Of a stretch of 64,000 bases of DNA, positions 53,814-63,272 are shown one piece after another. The stretch covers positions 4,154,001 through 4,218,000 of the forward strand of contig CAKKNE010000005.1 of NCBI GenBank assembly GCA_918797485.1. The letters are read 5' to 3'. Made by a program: the position numbers and the translations under genes. The stretch is from Pelagomonas calceolata (lineage: Eukaryota). The notes under the pieces were generated by a model, which did no database searches, had not been told where the DNA came from, and was given only the letters and a program-made list of their open reading frames with translations. How positions within the stretch are numbered: position 1 is the stretch's first letter; every line of letters starts with the position of its first letter.

Positions 53814-55124
53814 TCATGAGCGCGCCGCCGAAGGAACGAACGCCGGTATGCCCGTAATCCCCCTCCCCAGCACCAGGGCGTGGACGTCGTGCGTCCCCTC
53901 GTACGTGTTCACGGCCTCCAAATTCATGCAGTGGCGGATGACGTGGTACTCGTCCTGGATGCCGTTGCCCCCCAACAAATCCCTGCAGGTACGTGCAATG
54001 TCCAAAGCCTTGCCGCAGGAGTTCCGCTTTAGGAGCGATAAAGCTTCTACCGAGGCCCGGCCTTCGTCTTTGAGTTCACCTAACCGTTGCACGGCGCAGT
54101 ATCCTAGGGATAACTCGGTGACGACGTCCGCTAGTTTTTTTTGTACTAATTGATTGGCCGCTAGCGGCGCGCCGAACTGGACTCGATCGGAGACGTAGTC
54201 CCTCGCTACTTCGTAACAGGCTTCTGCGGCACCTAAAGCCCCCCAGGAGATGCCGAACCGTGCGGAATTCAGGCACGAGAACGCGCTCTGCAATCCCGAG
54301 GCCTTCGGGAGCACGTTGTCTCGAGGTATGCGGCAGTCCTCCATCACAATACTACCGGTCGGCGAGGCCCGCAACGAGAACTTTCCGGGAATTTTCGGCG
54401 TGCTCAGGCCATCAGCACCGCGCTCGACAATAAAGCCCCGCACGACACCATCTAAACGGGCCCACACGACACACACGTCGGCGACGGGCGCATTCGTGAT
54501 CCAGTGCTTCGACCCATTTAAGACGAATTCTCCCGTAGTGCCATCATATGTCGCCTTCGTAGCCATACCGGAAGGATCCGAGCCGGCGTCCGGCTCCGTC
54601 AATCCAAAACAACCGACCAACTCCCCCGCAGCGAGTAACGGCAGTAATCTAGCTTTCTGTTCTTCACTGCCAAATTTGTGGATCGGATGCATCACAAGAG
54701 AACTCTGCACGGACAGCATCGACCGGTAGGACGAGTCGACCCTTTCCACTTCGTTCGCGATCAGCCCGTAGGCGTTCGACGACACTCCACTACAGCCGTA
54801 TCCGTCCAATTGCGCTCCTAACAACCCTAATGAACCCATCTCCCGGAAAATGTCTCGCTCCACAAGTTCGTGTCTATTAGCTTCCACGATCCTCGGCGCG
54901 AGCTTTTCTTGGCAGTACTGTCTAGCCGTAGCCCTTATGAGCACCTCGTCCTCCGTGAGGCGGCCCGTGACGTCGAGGGCGTCCGTGTCACTGAACGGGC
55001 CGAGCGCGTCTTTGGCCGGTTGTTCGAAAGGCGGCGGTTCTATAAATGTTGTGGCGGCGGCGGAGGAGGCGCGTCTTCTTGTGAGGGAGCGCGTCGCCAC
55101 GCGGGCTAGCGCTCGCGCTGCCAT
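53814..55124 (-). CDS. GCDH: Glutaryl-CoA dehydrogenase, mitochondrial
   Basis: [61 protein letters not shown]. Confidence 0.95.
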   Translation of the reverse strand: MAARALARVATRSLTRRRASSAAATTFIEPPPFEQPAKDALGPFSDTDALDVTGRLTEDEVLIRATARQYCQEKLAPRIVEANRHELVERDIFREMGSLGLLGAQLDGYGCSGVSSNAYGLIANEVERVDSSYRSMLSVQSSLVMHPIHKFGSEEQKARLLPLLAAGELVGCFGLTEPDAGSDPSGMATKATYDGTTGEFVLNGSKHWITNAPVADVCVVWARLDGVVRGFIVERGADGLSTPKIPGKFSLRASPTGSIVMEDCRIPRDNVLPKASGLQSAFSCLNSARFGISWGALGAAEACYEVARDYVSDRVQFGAPLAANQLVQKKLADVVTELSLGYCAVQRLGELKDEGRASVEALSLLKRNSCGKALDIARTCRDLLGGNGIQDEYHVIRHCMNLEAVNTYEGTHDVHALVLGRGITGIPAFVPSAARS

Positions 55125-55551
55125 TTTTAGAAGCTGCAGAGCTGGCGGTCGAATGAGCTCTGAGAGCTCGTTTCACGTGCGCTCTTTTTGTGCGGTGTTC
55201 AGTGGCCACACAGCTCTCACGTCCGTACGTATGCGGGTTGGTTAACGCGCAAGGCCAATTTTTGGCTGCGACAATGAGCCCGAGAAACCTGTTTTCTTTG
55301 TTTTTTTACGAATTCGCACTCATCCGTCGTCGTGTCTCGATAGCACGATTCCAAGACAGCGTGCGGAAGAGTCGTCCCATTTTTTTCACCAGGTTCCAAG
55401 CTTGCAACACTCCCTGGCATCAGGAGAGCGCTGCCAAGTGGTCGCAAGAGGCGGCCGAAAAGCCGCCGGAGGGCTGCCCCCGGAGACGACCAATGTCGTT
55501 CTCCTGAGACCCAGCCTTCCCTGACGCCTGCCCCAAGCCATAAAAACAAGG

Positions 55552-56469
55552 ATGCCACCAACACCCAAGACGCCGGCCGACCAGCCGACGGGCGCGCCGT
55601 CGCCGTCGCCCGACAGCGAGCGCTACGCGGCGCGCGCCGCCGCGCCCAAGGCCGTCGCCCGTTTATATTCGGAGAGCCGGGTAGCGGAAAAGCGCGCGAA
55701 CCAAGCTGAACGGGAAGCCACATCCTTGAGACGGACGATCGACGCGTCGTCGGAGATCGCCAGGAGACGGAACGCGCTGCTGCGGAACGGCGGCTCCTGG
55801 CTCCAGCGCGGCGGTGGTGATGATGGCGCCGAGGCGCCCAAGGGCGGCGTGCCGCTCCCGGGGCTGTCCGAGGTCGGACCACCACCACCACCCTCCCAGG
55901 ACGCGTCGCCCTTACCGGCCCACATCGAAGAGCGCCTGCGCCAGCTCCAGCTCCCCGACGCCTGGGCCGGCGAGGTTAGGGATTTGATCCAGCAGTCGCG
56001 CGACGAGGCGCAACGTGACGTCGTCGACGTGGAGTTCGACGTCGACGCCACGCCGCCGCCGTCGCCCGAAGGCGAGGTCTGGCCGTCGTGGACGTCGCCG
56101 CACAAGACGACGTCGCCCGCCAAGCTCTGGTCGCCGCGGCGACCGCCTCCAAATAGTCCCGAGCGCGAGCGGCCCTCCCAGGACGCGCCGCCCGGTCGTG
56201 TATGCGCGCCGCCGGCCCTCCGCGCGACGCGGACCGTGGAGTTGAGCACCGTCGAGGACGACCCCGAGGACGCTGACCGGGCCGTCGTCGTGCGCCAGGA
56301 CTCGACGGAGTACGGCTCGTCGATCTTCTGCGGGTGCACGTCGGGCTTCGGGGCCCAGACGGAGGAAGCGCCGCCTCCCGAATCATCGTCGTCGACGATC
56401 TTCTGGAAGGACCTCGTGCGGAAGCCGTCGCGCGACGCGGCCTGGGCGGGCGAGGACCCCTACGCGTAA
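55552..56469 (+). CDS. Hypothetical protein (paralogue of 57939..58682)
   Basis: Shared SEIAxRRNxxLRxGGxxL and PLPxxxExRL motifs. Confidence 0.6.
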   Translation: MPPTPKTPADQPTGAPSPSPDSERYAARAAAPKAVARLYSESRVAEKRANQAEREATSLRRTIDASSEIARRRNALLRNGGSWLQRGGGDDGAEAPKGGVPLPGLSEVGPPPPPSQDASPLPAHIEERLRQLQLPDAWAGEVRDLIQQSRDEAQRDVVDVEFDVDATPPPSPEGEVWPSWTSPHKTTSPAKLWSPRRPPPNSPERERPSQDAPPGRVCAPPALRATRTVELSTVEDDPEDADRAVVVRQDSTEYGSSIFCGCTSGFGAQTEEAPPPESSSSTIFWKDLVRKPSRDAAWAGEDPYA

Positions 56470-56503
56470 TACTTTGGAATTTCATACACAGTTACACACA
56501 ATG

Positions 56504-57751
56504 TTAAAATTTAGTGTCCGGGAAGATGCCTTGCTGCCGTGCTTTTTCGCACAGTGATCGGGCCTCGGCAGGGGTTATCAACATGATCTCACCCCTGCGC
56601 GCCCTGTAGTCTGCGTCGGTCAGCAGCCCCTTCGATCGGAGGTTCTCGAGGCCTTGTAGCGACACAATGTGGAAAATGCTCAAGGAACCCATGCTACACG
56701 TTTTCGAATGCCCGGCTCCCCAGTCGGCGAGCTGACAATTCTCGTCGCAGTAGCGCCTTCGCCCGCAATAGCACACCGGCAATCGCGGCTCGGCGATGCT
56801 GCCCTGCCAGCCGCAGAAGTCGCATAGTCGGCGCTGGCGCCGCCGCTTGGCTTTGTTCCTGAGGTTCCGCATCATCTCACGCATAGAAAAGCCTTTAACT
56901 TCCACTCGTTGCTCGCGTAATGCCAGTATTGCTCTTGATGTTATCTGGAGGTTGTTGCAACCAGATGATACATCGAGAGACGTTAGGTTTGGTAGTCCGT
57001 CGATATCGAGCGCCTCTATCGAGTCGCATCCAGCAACAATCAGCGCCTTGAGCGCTCCCAGCCCGGCTAATGCGCCTAGCCGAAGGGCTAAGCTCGAGCA
57101 GCCTCCCAGGATGAGAGTCTTCAGCGCCCCGAGCTCATTGAGCCTGTCTGGTAACGCGCTGAGGCTCATACAGTTGGCCAGAGAGAGAGCCCTCAAGGCC
57201 TTGAGCTCGCCGATCGTGCTGGGAATTCTCTGAAGTACGGAACAGCACGTCAAGTCGAGGATTTGTAGCCCCCCGAGGTCACCAATTGCGTCCGGTAATG
57301 AGGCGAGCCTTACGCACCCTGTCAGGTTGAGATAATTGAGCGTCCTGATTTCACCGATCGCGTCCGGCAGAGCGACGAGGCTCGAGCACCCTTCCAACAC
57401 GAGCGACTCAAGCGACTTGATCTCACCGATCTCGCCCGGCAGAGCAGCGAGTTGCTTGCAATGGCTTAGGTTGAGTTCTATCAGGGGTCTTGGGGAGCTA
57501 TTCCACGAGCCGATGGAGGCAGGTAATGCAGTCATGCTGCACCCGCTGAGGTCGAATTTCCAGGTATTCATCAACTCATCCCCATGCATCCTCCCGCCGA
57601 TTGCGTCTCTCGTGAGCTCGGGGCAACTCCGCTGTAGATCTAGCATGTTAATGAAGCACCGGCCTTTGTCTGTCCGCAGCCACGCTTCATGCTCCGCCTC
57701 GCGCTGCTTGCGGGCAGCTTTATTCTTCGGGTTGGGACGTCGACGAGGCAT
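56504..57751 (-). CDS. LRR and MYND zinc-finger protein with SHOCT-like tail
   Basis: 24-aa LxxLxLxGCxxLxxLPxxIG repeats; CDFC...CYC...YCDENCQLADW...HSKTC; LENLRSKGLLTDADY. Confidence 0.85.
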   Translation of the reverse strand: MPRRRPNPKNKAARKQREAEHEAWLRTDKGRCFINMLDLQRSCPELTRDAIGGRMHGDELMNTWKFDLSGCSMTALPASIGSWNSSPRPLIELNLSHCKQLAALPGEIGEIKSLESLVLEGCSSLVALPDAIGEIRTLNYLNLTGCVRLASLPDAIGDLGGLQILDLTCCSVLQRIPSTIGELKALRALSLANCMSLSALPDRLNELGALKTLILGGCSSLALRLGALAGLGALKALIVAGCDSIEALDIDGLPNLTSLDVSSGCNNLQITSRAILALREQRVEVKGFSMREMMRNLRNKAKRRRQRRLCDFCGWQGSIAEPRLPVCYCGRRRYCDENCQLADWGAGHSKTCSMGSLSIFHIVSLQGLENLRSKGLLTDADYRARRGEIMLITPAEARSLCEKARQQGIFPDTKF

Positions 57752-57830
57752 CGGGCTGCTCGTTCTGCGGGTGTTGTCCCTTTGCGGGCAGCCCGCCAAC
57801 CGAATAACAGGCTTTGGCCGAGCAAGCCGA

Positions 57831-57855
57831 GCTAGCGTCCCTAAGACACTCTAGC
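57831..57855 (+). promoter_or_regulatory. Recurrent promoter element (divergent promoter)
   Basis: gctagcgtccctaagacactctagc (2-nt insertion). Confidence 0.72.
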
Positions 57856-57938
57856 TGCGTCCGAAGGCTCGTTCCTGCCGCCGTATACGCACCAGGGGCA
57901 GCCCGAGCCCTCGTCGAACTAATAAAGGAGCCGCACCG

Positions 57939-58682
57939 ATGGCCGCCAAGCGGGTCGCGAACACGAAGTGGCCCCCGTCACCGACGCAAGTGAAGCCAGG
58001 CGAGACGGCCGGCAAGCCGGACCTGGGCGGCCTCTACGAGGAGAACCAGCGGTTGAGGAGGGAGAAGGCGCAAGCTAGGAAGGAAGCCGCAGCGCGAGCG
58101 CGCGAGCTCGAGGCGCGCTCGGAGATCGCGCAGCGACGAAATAGTTTTTTGCGCGCCGGCGGTGGGTTTTTGAAGGGTGTCCTCGAGGGGCGCACGAGCC
58201 CCACGGAACCGCCGTCCACGCCGCCTCCTCAACATTGCCCTTCATGTAAAGAGCGGCTGCCCTGCTCATGCACGGAGCCGTTGCCACCGGGCGTCGAAGC
58301 TAGACTACAACGCATGGCCATGGACCCCGAGCTCGACGCGTCGGTGCGCGCGTTGGTCGCCGACGCGTACTCGACGAAAAATCTTGATGGGGTCGTCGTC
58401 GCGACGCCGGCGGATTCTTCACCACAGTTGGAAGCAAGGTTGAGGAGGTGCGAGGACGTTTTGAGGATGGTCGAGATCGCGCGGAGGGAAGGAAGGCGGC
58501 CGCCGAAGCGCGCCTCCAAAACAACGAACACGCAGTCGCCGTCGTCCTGGGTTGGTTGTTTATCACCCGACTCGATGTGCGAGGGTGTTGATTGTGGTGA
58601 GTACGACTGCACGGGTACGTTGCCCGACGACGAGTCCGAGGGTGTGCGGTGGGGGGAAATATTCGGTGTAAGCGAAGATTAG
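57939..58682 (+). CDS. Hypothetical protein (paralogue of 55552..56469)
   Basis: Shared motifs with 55552..56469; coiled-coil N-terminal part. Confidence 0.6.
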   Translation: MAAKRVANTKWPPSPTQVKPGETAGKPDLGGLYEENQRLRREKAQARKEAAARARELEARSEIAQRRNSFLRAGGGFLKGVLEGRTSPTEPPSTPPPQHCPSCKERLPCSCTEPLPPGVEARLQRMAMDPELDASVRALVADAYSTKNLDGVVVATPADSSPQLEARLRRCEDVLRMVEIARREGRRPPKRASKTTNTQSPSSWVGCLSPDSMCEGVDCGEYDCTGTLPDDESEGVRWGEIFGVSED

Positions 58683-59860
58683 TTACTACTAGGCGCCGGC
58701 GTCTCACCCATATTGAGGCACTCCGGCGCCGCGGCGAAGTTGAGGCACTGGCGGCACGTCGGACACCGGTTCGACCGCTTGAGCCAGGTCCGCAGGCACT
58801 CCCGGCAAAAGCGGTGGCCGCAGCCCGCTTCCACCGAGGCGTCCCCGAAATTTTCTAAGCAGATTGGGCACGTCCCCGGCGGGGCGGGTGCTTTGCCCAA
58901 ATTGGCGCTGTTCCGTTTTAGGGCCTGCATGATACCTGCTCCGGCCTCGCCGATCGCCGCCGCGTCCGCTTCGGCGGCTCGAATCATAGCCTCGGCGGCC
59001 GGGTCGCCGGTCAACCTCAGCACTAGGCCATAATTCGCTCGACTAGTTGCGAGTTGCCGCTTCGCCTCGCTGGACTCCGGATAATAATTTGCCATAGCTA
59101 TCCGCGCGTCGAGGGCCCGTTTGAGGAGCGACTTGGCCCGCCTGGCGTCGGATCCGGGCGTCGCAAGCATAGACGTCGCCTGGTTCGCCCACGCCGAGGC
59201 CCGCGCCGCGACGAGGCGCGTGGCTTCGGCGCCCGGCAGCGCGCCCGGTCCGCGGCGCGCGCCGCCGCTAGCGATCGCCTCGTCCGCCCGCGCGGCGGCC
59301 GCGGCGAAGAGCTCGACGGCCGCCGCGGCGCCGTCTATCGCCCTTACGACGTTGGCGGCGCCGACCATGCACTCGACCGCGTCCGCCGGCACGTTCGCGG
59401 CTTTTGCGGAGGTTACGCCCGCCGCGTACGCGGCGAGCGCGGCATCATAGTCTTTCGCCATTTGCCTCGCCCGTCCCATGGCGAGGTAGGCCGCGCTTCT
59501 CCGCTTGACGCGCTCTTCCGGCGGCAGCTTGTCCGCCTTCGCGATGGACGTCTCGAAGAGCTTGGCCGCTTTTCGAGGCTCCCCGGCGTCCATGGCCTGG
59601 ACGCCGGAATCGAAGTAGCACACCGGCGCGTGCGCCCGTGCATGAGAAGCTTGGCACTCGCGCGTCGCGTAGCGCGCCGTCTTGCAGCGGCCGCAGCGCA
59701 TCGACGCGACTCTGCCGCAGCCGCAGGCGCAGAGCTGTCGCTTTTTGGGCTGCGGTTTGGGCGGCGGTTTCGGTGCGGTCTTGCGTCGGTACCGTAGGTA
59801 GTACCAAGCTGCGGCAGCCAAGGCGGCGCCTGTGGCGAGAAGGGCCGGCTTCGACGCCAT
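58679..59860 (-). CDS. Membrane-anchored MYND, TPR and RING-finger protein (probable E3 ligase)
   Basis: N-terminal TM; CGRCKTARY...CQ..H; TPR-like helices; CPICLE...CGHRFCRECL...CPTCR. Confidence 0.82.
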   Translation of the reverse strand: MASKPALLATGAALAAAAWYYLRYRRKTAPKPPPKPQPKKRQLCACGCGRVASMRCGRCKTARYATRECQASHARAHAPVCYFDSGVQAMDAGEPRKAAKLFETSIAKADKLPPEERVKRRSAAYLAMGRARQMAKDYDAALAAYAAGVTSAKAANVPADAVECMVGAANVVRAIDGAAAAVELFAAAAARADEAIASGGARRGPGALPGAEATRLVAARASAWANQATSMLATPGSDARRAKSLLKRALDARIAMANYYPESSEAKRQLATSRANYGLVLRLTGDPAAEAMIRAAEADAAAIGEAGAGIMQALKRNSANLGKAPAPPGTCPICLENFGDASVEAGCGHRFCRECLRTWLKRSNRCPTCRQCLNFAAAPECLNMGETPAPSSN

Positions 59861-59863
59861 CGC

Positions 59864-60088
59864 TTATCGCCCGCGCTTGTTCAGCGTCGGCGTGCCCTTG
59901 CGCGGCCGCTTCGCCTTGCGGTTGTGGTGGCTCACGGCGCGCTTCCCGCGGTTGGCGGCGCGCGGCACGCGTGCGTTCCGGTTCATGCGCAGCACGTCGA
60001 AGGACGGCAGCGCGGTGGCAATCAGGAGCAGGGGCAAGCTCCAGAGCTCGGCGTTCGACCGCGTGGCGGCGAGGAGGCGGGGCCACAT
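59864..60088 (-). CDS. Small basic protein (74 aa), possibly mitoribosomal
   Basis: MWPRLLAATRS presequence-like start, then Arg/Lys-rich MNRNARVPRAANRGKRAVSHHNRKAKR. Confidence 0.5.
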   Translation of the reverse strand: MWPRLLAATRSNAELWSLPLLLIATALPSFDVLRMNRNARVPRAANRGKRAVSHHNRKAKRPRKGTPTLNKRGR

Positions 60089-60175
60089 GTACCGTTCACA
60101 CTGATGCCCTGACGGTGCGAAACCGGTCCGGTAGTGCTCGTGCGGCACCAATGCGCTGCGCCGTCGGCTGATCGA

Positions 60176-60198
60176 GCTAGCGTCGAGAGACACTAAGC
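60176..60198 (+). promoter_or_regulatory. Recurrent promoter element, degenerate (divergent promoter)
   Basis: gctagcgtcgagagacactaagc. Confidence 0.55.
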
Positions 60199-60321
60199 TT
60201 GCAGCCGCATCGGCGAAATCGGTCATAACGCACGCTAGAGGCAGCGAGAGCACACGACGCAGCGTATTTGTCGTCGCGCACATCATACGCCACCATAAAG
60301 CACGCAATCGCCGCACAAAAC

Positions 60322-61245
60322 ATGGCAGCGATGGAGACCGACGAGGTGAGCCTCCCGCAGGCCCTCGCGGCCGTCCAGGCGTCGTTCGCCGACGCGCCGG
60401 CGAACGAGCAACAAGCGCGCCAGTGGGCCGAAGGACGAGGCTACGACTGGGGCGACTCTGAAACTTTGTTAGCGCAGTTCCTGCAGGGCGAGGCCCGGTG
60501 CGAGACGCTGAGGAAAGCGAGAGAGCACAAGAAGGGCGAGGTCCAGCGAGCGGGCGTGCAGGCGCGCGCGAACGCCCTGGCGGCGGAGCTCGGATGCACG
60601 GAGCCCCTCGAGACCGAAGCCGCTCTAGCTTACTGTGAAAAAGTCGTCCAAGAGAAGGGCGCTTCGAACTTGACGGCCGACCCGCCGTCACAACCGCCCG
60701 CCGCGGAGCTGAAGAAGCTCGAGGCGATCCACGACGCGCTGCGGACGGACTTCGCGCTGCGAAGGAGGATGCTGCTAACGCGGTGCGACGTGACGATGCA
60801 GTCCTTTTTGTGGGGCGACGCCGCGGAAGGTCGGGAGCAGACTATTGTGGATAGCGTCTATGCTGAAAGAGCGTCGTTGAGCACGGAGCCGCCGCCGTAT
60901 TCTGTACAAGACGCGCTGGCCACGTCAAAACAACGCATCGACCGCATGGAGAGCGCCCTCGCGACGCCGTTGAACACGAAGGACCAGCAGTCGGCCATGA
61001 AGACCGTGGTCATCGGCGCCGTGCCCAGTCGAGGAGGCAACATCCGCGACAAGCGGCCGTCGCAAAAAGACATCATGCCGTCGTGGAAGAAGCGCGAGGA
61101 GTCCACCGGCAAAGGTAAGGGTGGTGGCCGGGGCCGCGGCAAGGGCGGGCGCGGGGGTGGTCGCGGCGGCGGGCGCGGCGGCGGAGGCAAGAAGAAAAAG
61201 CAGAAGAAAGACAATAAAAAGGGTGGGGGTGATAAAAAAGAGTAG
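60322..61245 (+). CDS. FAM98: FAM98-family protein
   Basis: DFALRRRMLLTRCDVTMQSFLW, VVIGAVPSRGG, RGG-rich tail. Confidence 0.85.
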   Translation: MAAMETDEVSLPQALAAVQASFADAPANEQQARQWAEGRGYDWGDSETLLAQFLQGEARCETLRKAREHKKGEVQRAGVQARANALAAELGCTEPLETEAALAYCEKVVQEKGASNLTADPPSQPPAAELKKLEAIHDALRTDFALRRRMLLTRCDVTMQSFLWGDAAEGREQTIVDSVYAERASLSTEPPPYSVQDALATSKQRIDRMESALATPLNTKDQQSAMKTVVIGAVPSRGGNIRDKRPSQKDIMPSWKKREESTGKGKGGGRGRGKGGRGGGRGGGRGGGGKKKKQKKDNKKGGGDKKE

Positions 61246-61247
61246 TG

Positions 61248-62303
61248 TTAGCTTACAAGGAGCTGGGCCGTCTGCACGCACAACATGAGCGCCGTCACGT
61301 GCTGCGTGTGGTCGTAGAAGGCCCAGGACTCGACCGGCTCGCGCAGCGCGGCGACACCGTGGGGCACCAAGCCTATCGAAACGAGCACCGGCGCGCCGCC
61401 CGTTAATCGATCGTCGGACACCGTTTGAGCAACCCACGCCAGCACCGCCGCGCAGGCCGGGAGCACGACGCAGACGGACCACCGGTAGGCGCGTCGTATG
61501 CCATTTTCTCCCAGTAGGATCGCGACCGTTCTGAGGCCCGGCACCCGAGCGTCCGTTTTGGCGTCGCGGACGTTGAAACAAAAGTTCGGATAGGCCCGCA
61601 GAAGCGCCGCGACGGCCGAGGCGCCCACAAATTTCGGCGACAGCGGATTTACATCAAGCGCCACGAGCGCCAGCAGCGCATTGAGACACATAGCCCACAC
61701 GAACAGACATACTTCGCCGAGCGCGCGGTACTTGAATTTCAACGGCGGCGTCGAGTAGCCAGCCAGTAGGAAAGAGGTAGTAGTGCACAGGAGCGTCGCG
61801 GCGACTTGTGAGCGACAGCGCCGCACGACGCAGATACCCAGAATGGTCGTAATAAGTCCCATGCTGCGCGTCTGCCGCGTTACCTTTTGGAGCGATACTT
61901 TGCCCTCGGCCAGTCGCTTGTCGTCACCCTCGTTGCCCGCGACTTTGTCCGCGCCCAACTGAAAGTCCCACCACAGATTCAGGCCGTTCGCCCAGAATAA
62001 TTGCATGAGCCCGAACAACGCCACGAGCGCGCACGCGTCGAGGGCCGGCCGGCTGCCGAGGTGCCGCGCGGCGACGGTTGTTTGTGCTATTGTGCCCAGC
62101 ACCAAGTCGGCGCTAAACCATCGGCCCGTCTTGCAGAAATCTTGGAATTGCTGCGGAGCGAGGTTGCCGAAGGCCGCAAATGCGAGTAGTGTGCGGCCGG
62201 CTGCCGTGCTCGTCAGGAAGCCATCCGCGCCGCTGCAGACCAGCCAGAGCACTATGAGGGATTCGATGCTCACGAGGAGCTGGTGGGCGCGCTTCTTGGC
62301 CAT
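61248..62303 (-). CDS. UbiA-family prenyltransferase (MenA/UBIAD1-like)
   Basis: NLWWDFQLGAD, YSTPPLKFKYRALGEV, NVRDAKTDARVPGLRTVA. Confidence 0.8.
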   Translation of the reverse strand: MAKKRAHQLLVSIESLIVLWLVCSGADGFLTSTAAGRTLLAFAAFGNLAPQQFQDFCKTGRWFSADLVLGTIAQTTVAARHLGSRPALDACALVALFGLMQLFWANGLNLWWDFQLGADKVAGNEGDDKRLAEGKVSLQKVTRQTRSMGLITTILGICVVRRCRSQVAATLLCTTTSFLLAGYSTPPLKFKYRALGEVCLFVWAMCLNALLALVALDVNPLSPKFVGASAVAALLRAYPNFCFNVRDAKTDARVPGLRTVAILLGENGIRRAYRWSVCVVLPACAAVLAWVAQTVSDDRLTGGAPVLVSIGLVPHGVAALREPVESWAFYDHTQHVTALMLCVQTAQLLVS

Positions 62304-62409
62304 TGTATGGGGCGCTGCGACTTTTTAAATGATCGATGCGGTGCGAAATGGGGCCGCGCAGGGCACGACGGGCGAAATGGGGCCGCGGGGCAGCCTTCAC
62401 GCAGAGCTT

Positions 62410-62432
62410 GCTAGTGTCTTACATACGCTAGC
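62410..62432 (-). promoter_or_regulatory. Recurrent promoter element (divergent promoter)
   Basis: gctagtgtcttacatacgctagc. Confidence 0.8.
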
Positions 62433-62483
62433 TAGCCGAGCAAAAACAAAAACACAGCGTGAGGATGGGCGAATAGATGCGAA

Positions 62484-63260
62484 ATGGCGGAGATAAAGCC
62501 GTCGTTCCCTTCCTCTCTGCCGCCGCAGCTCGTGATAACTTGGCTGCCGCTGCGCGATATCTCTTCTGCACTGTGCGCGTCCTCTTCCTGGCGCGGTGCT
62601 AGTGAGCCGGTCTTTAAGGTCGTCGCGGAACGCAATGGTCTCACGCGCGGCACGGATTCATGGCGAGGTGGCGTGCTGAGGCACCCTACCTGGTCTCGTT
62701 CCAAGCCGGCCCGGCAGCAGTACAGATGGCCTGAGTTTACCGGTCCGAGGACGGTCACTAATGAAGTCGCTGAGCGTGATTTCTACTTTGTCGCCAACAG
62801 CATTCGGGTACCGCTACACAGGATGGCTCGATTTCGTGTGCAAATGAAGAAAGAGGAATTGAGGACTACGGATGGATGTGGCTTTGCCTTACTCTCGGGC
62901 AGCGGCGCAATCAAGCGTGCGTATGTGTGGAACAGCAACGGCAACGATTATACAGGCATTGGCAGCCCTCTTCTTGGAAGAATCGAAACGTTCTCTTTCA
63001 AAAATAAGCGCATCAAAAGTGGCCAGACGCTGCTTGTTAGCGTCTGGAACGTACCGCCCTACCACTTCCACGCGACGCTCGAGCGCGTGGAAGAGGATGG
63101 AAGTCTCTCTGAAATAGCGACAGAACGCGACAGAGCGCGATATTTCAGCGTGGATGATAGTGATGAAGAGGATGGACCTTTCGTCCTGGCTCCATTGGTT
63201 CGTCTGTTTACAGGCTCATCCGCGACGCTGGGCTTGTATGAGCCACTGGCACATGAATAA
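62484..63260 (+). CDS. Hypothetical protein with F-box-like N-terminus
   Basis: LPPQLVITWLPLRDISSALCASSSWR. Confidence 0.55.
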   Translation: MAEIKPSFPSSLPPQLVITWLPLRDISSALCASSSWRGASEPVFKVVAERNGLTRGTDSWRGGVLRHPTWSRSKPARQQYRWPEFTGPRTVTNEVAERDFYFVANSIRVPLHRMARFRVQMKKEELRTTDGCGFALLSGSGAIKRAYVWNSNGNDYTGIGSPLLGRIETFSFKNKRIKSGQTLLVSVWNVPPYHFHATLERVEEDGSLSEIATERDRARYFSVDDSDEEDGPFVLAPLVRLFTGSSATLGLYEPLAHE

Positions 63261-63272
63261 GAAATACTATTG

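Noticed and set aside
29612..62432. Recurrent element as a CRISPR repeat or Helitron/MITE end
   Set aside because: Copies are kilobases apart with no spacer array or cas genes; no shared flanks, TSD, or subterminal hairpin with A|T insertion site
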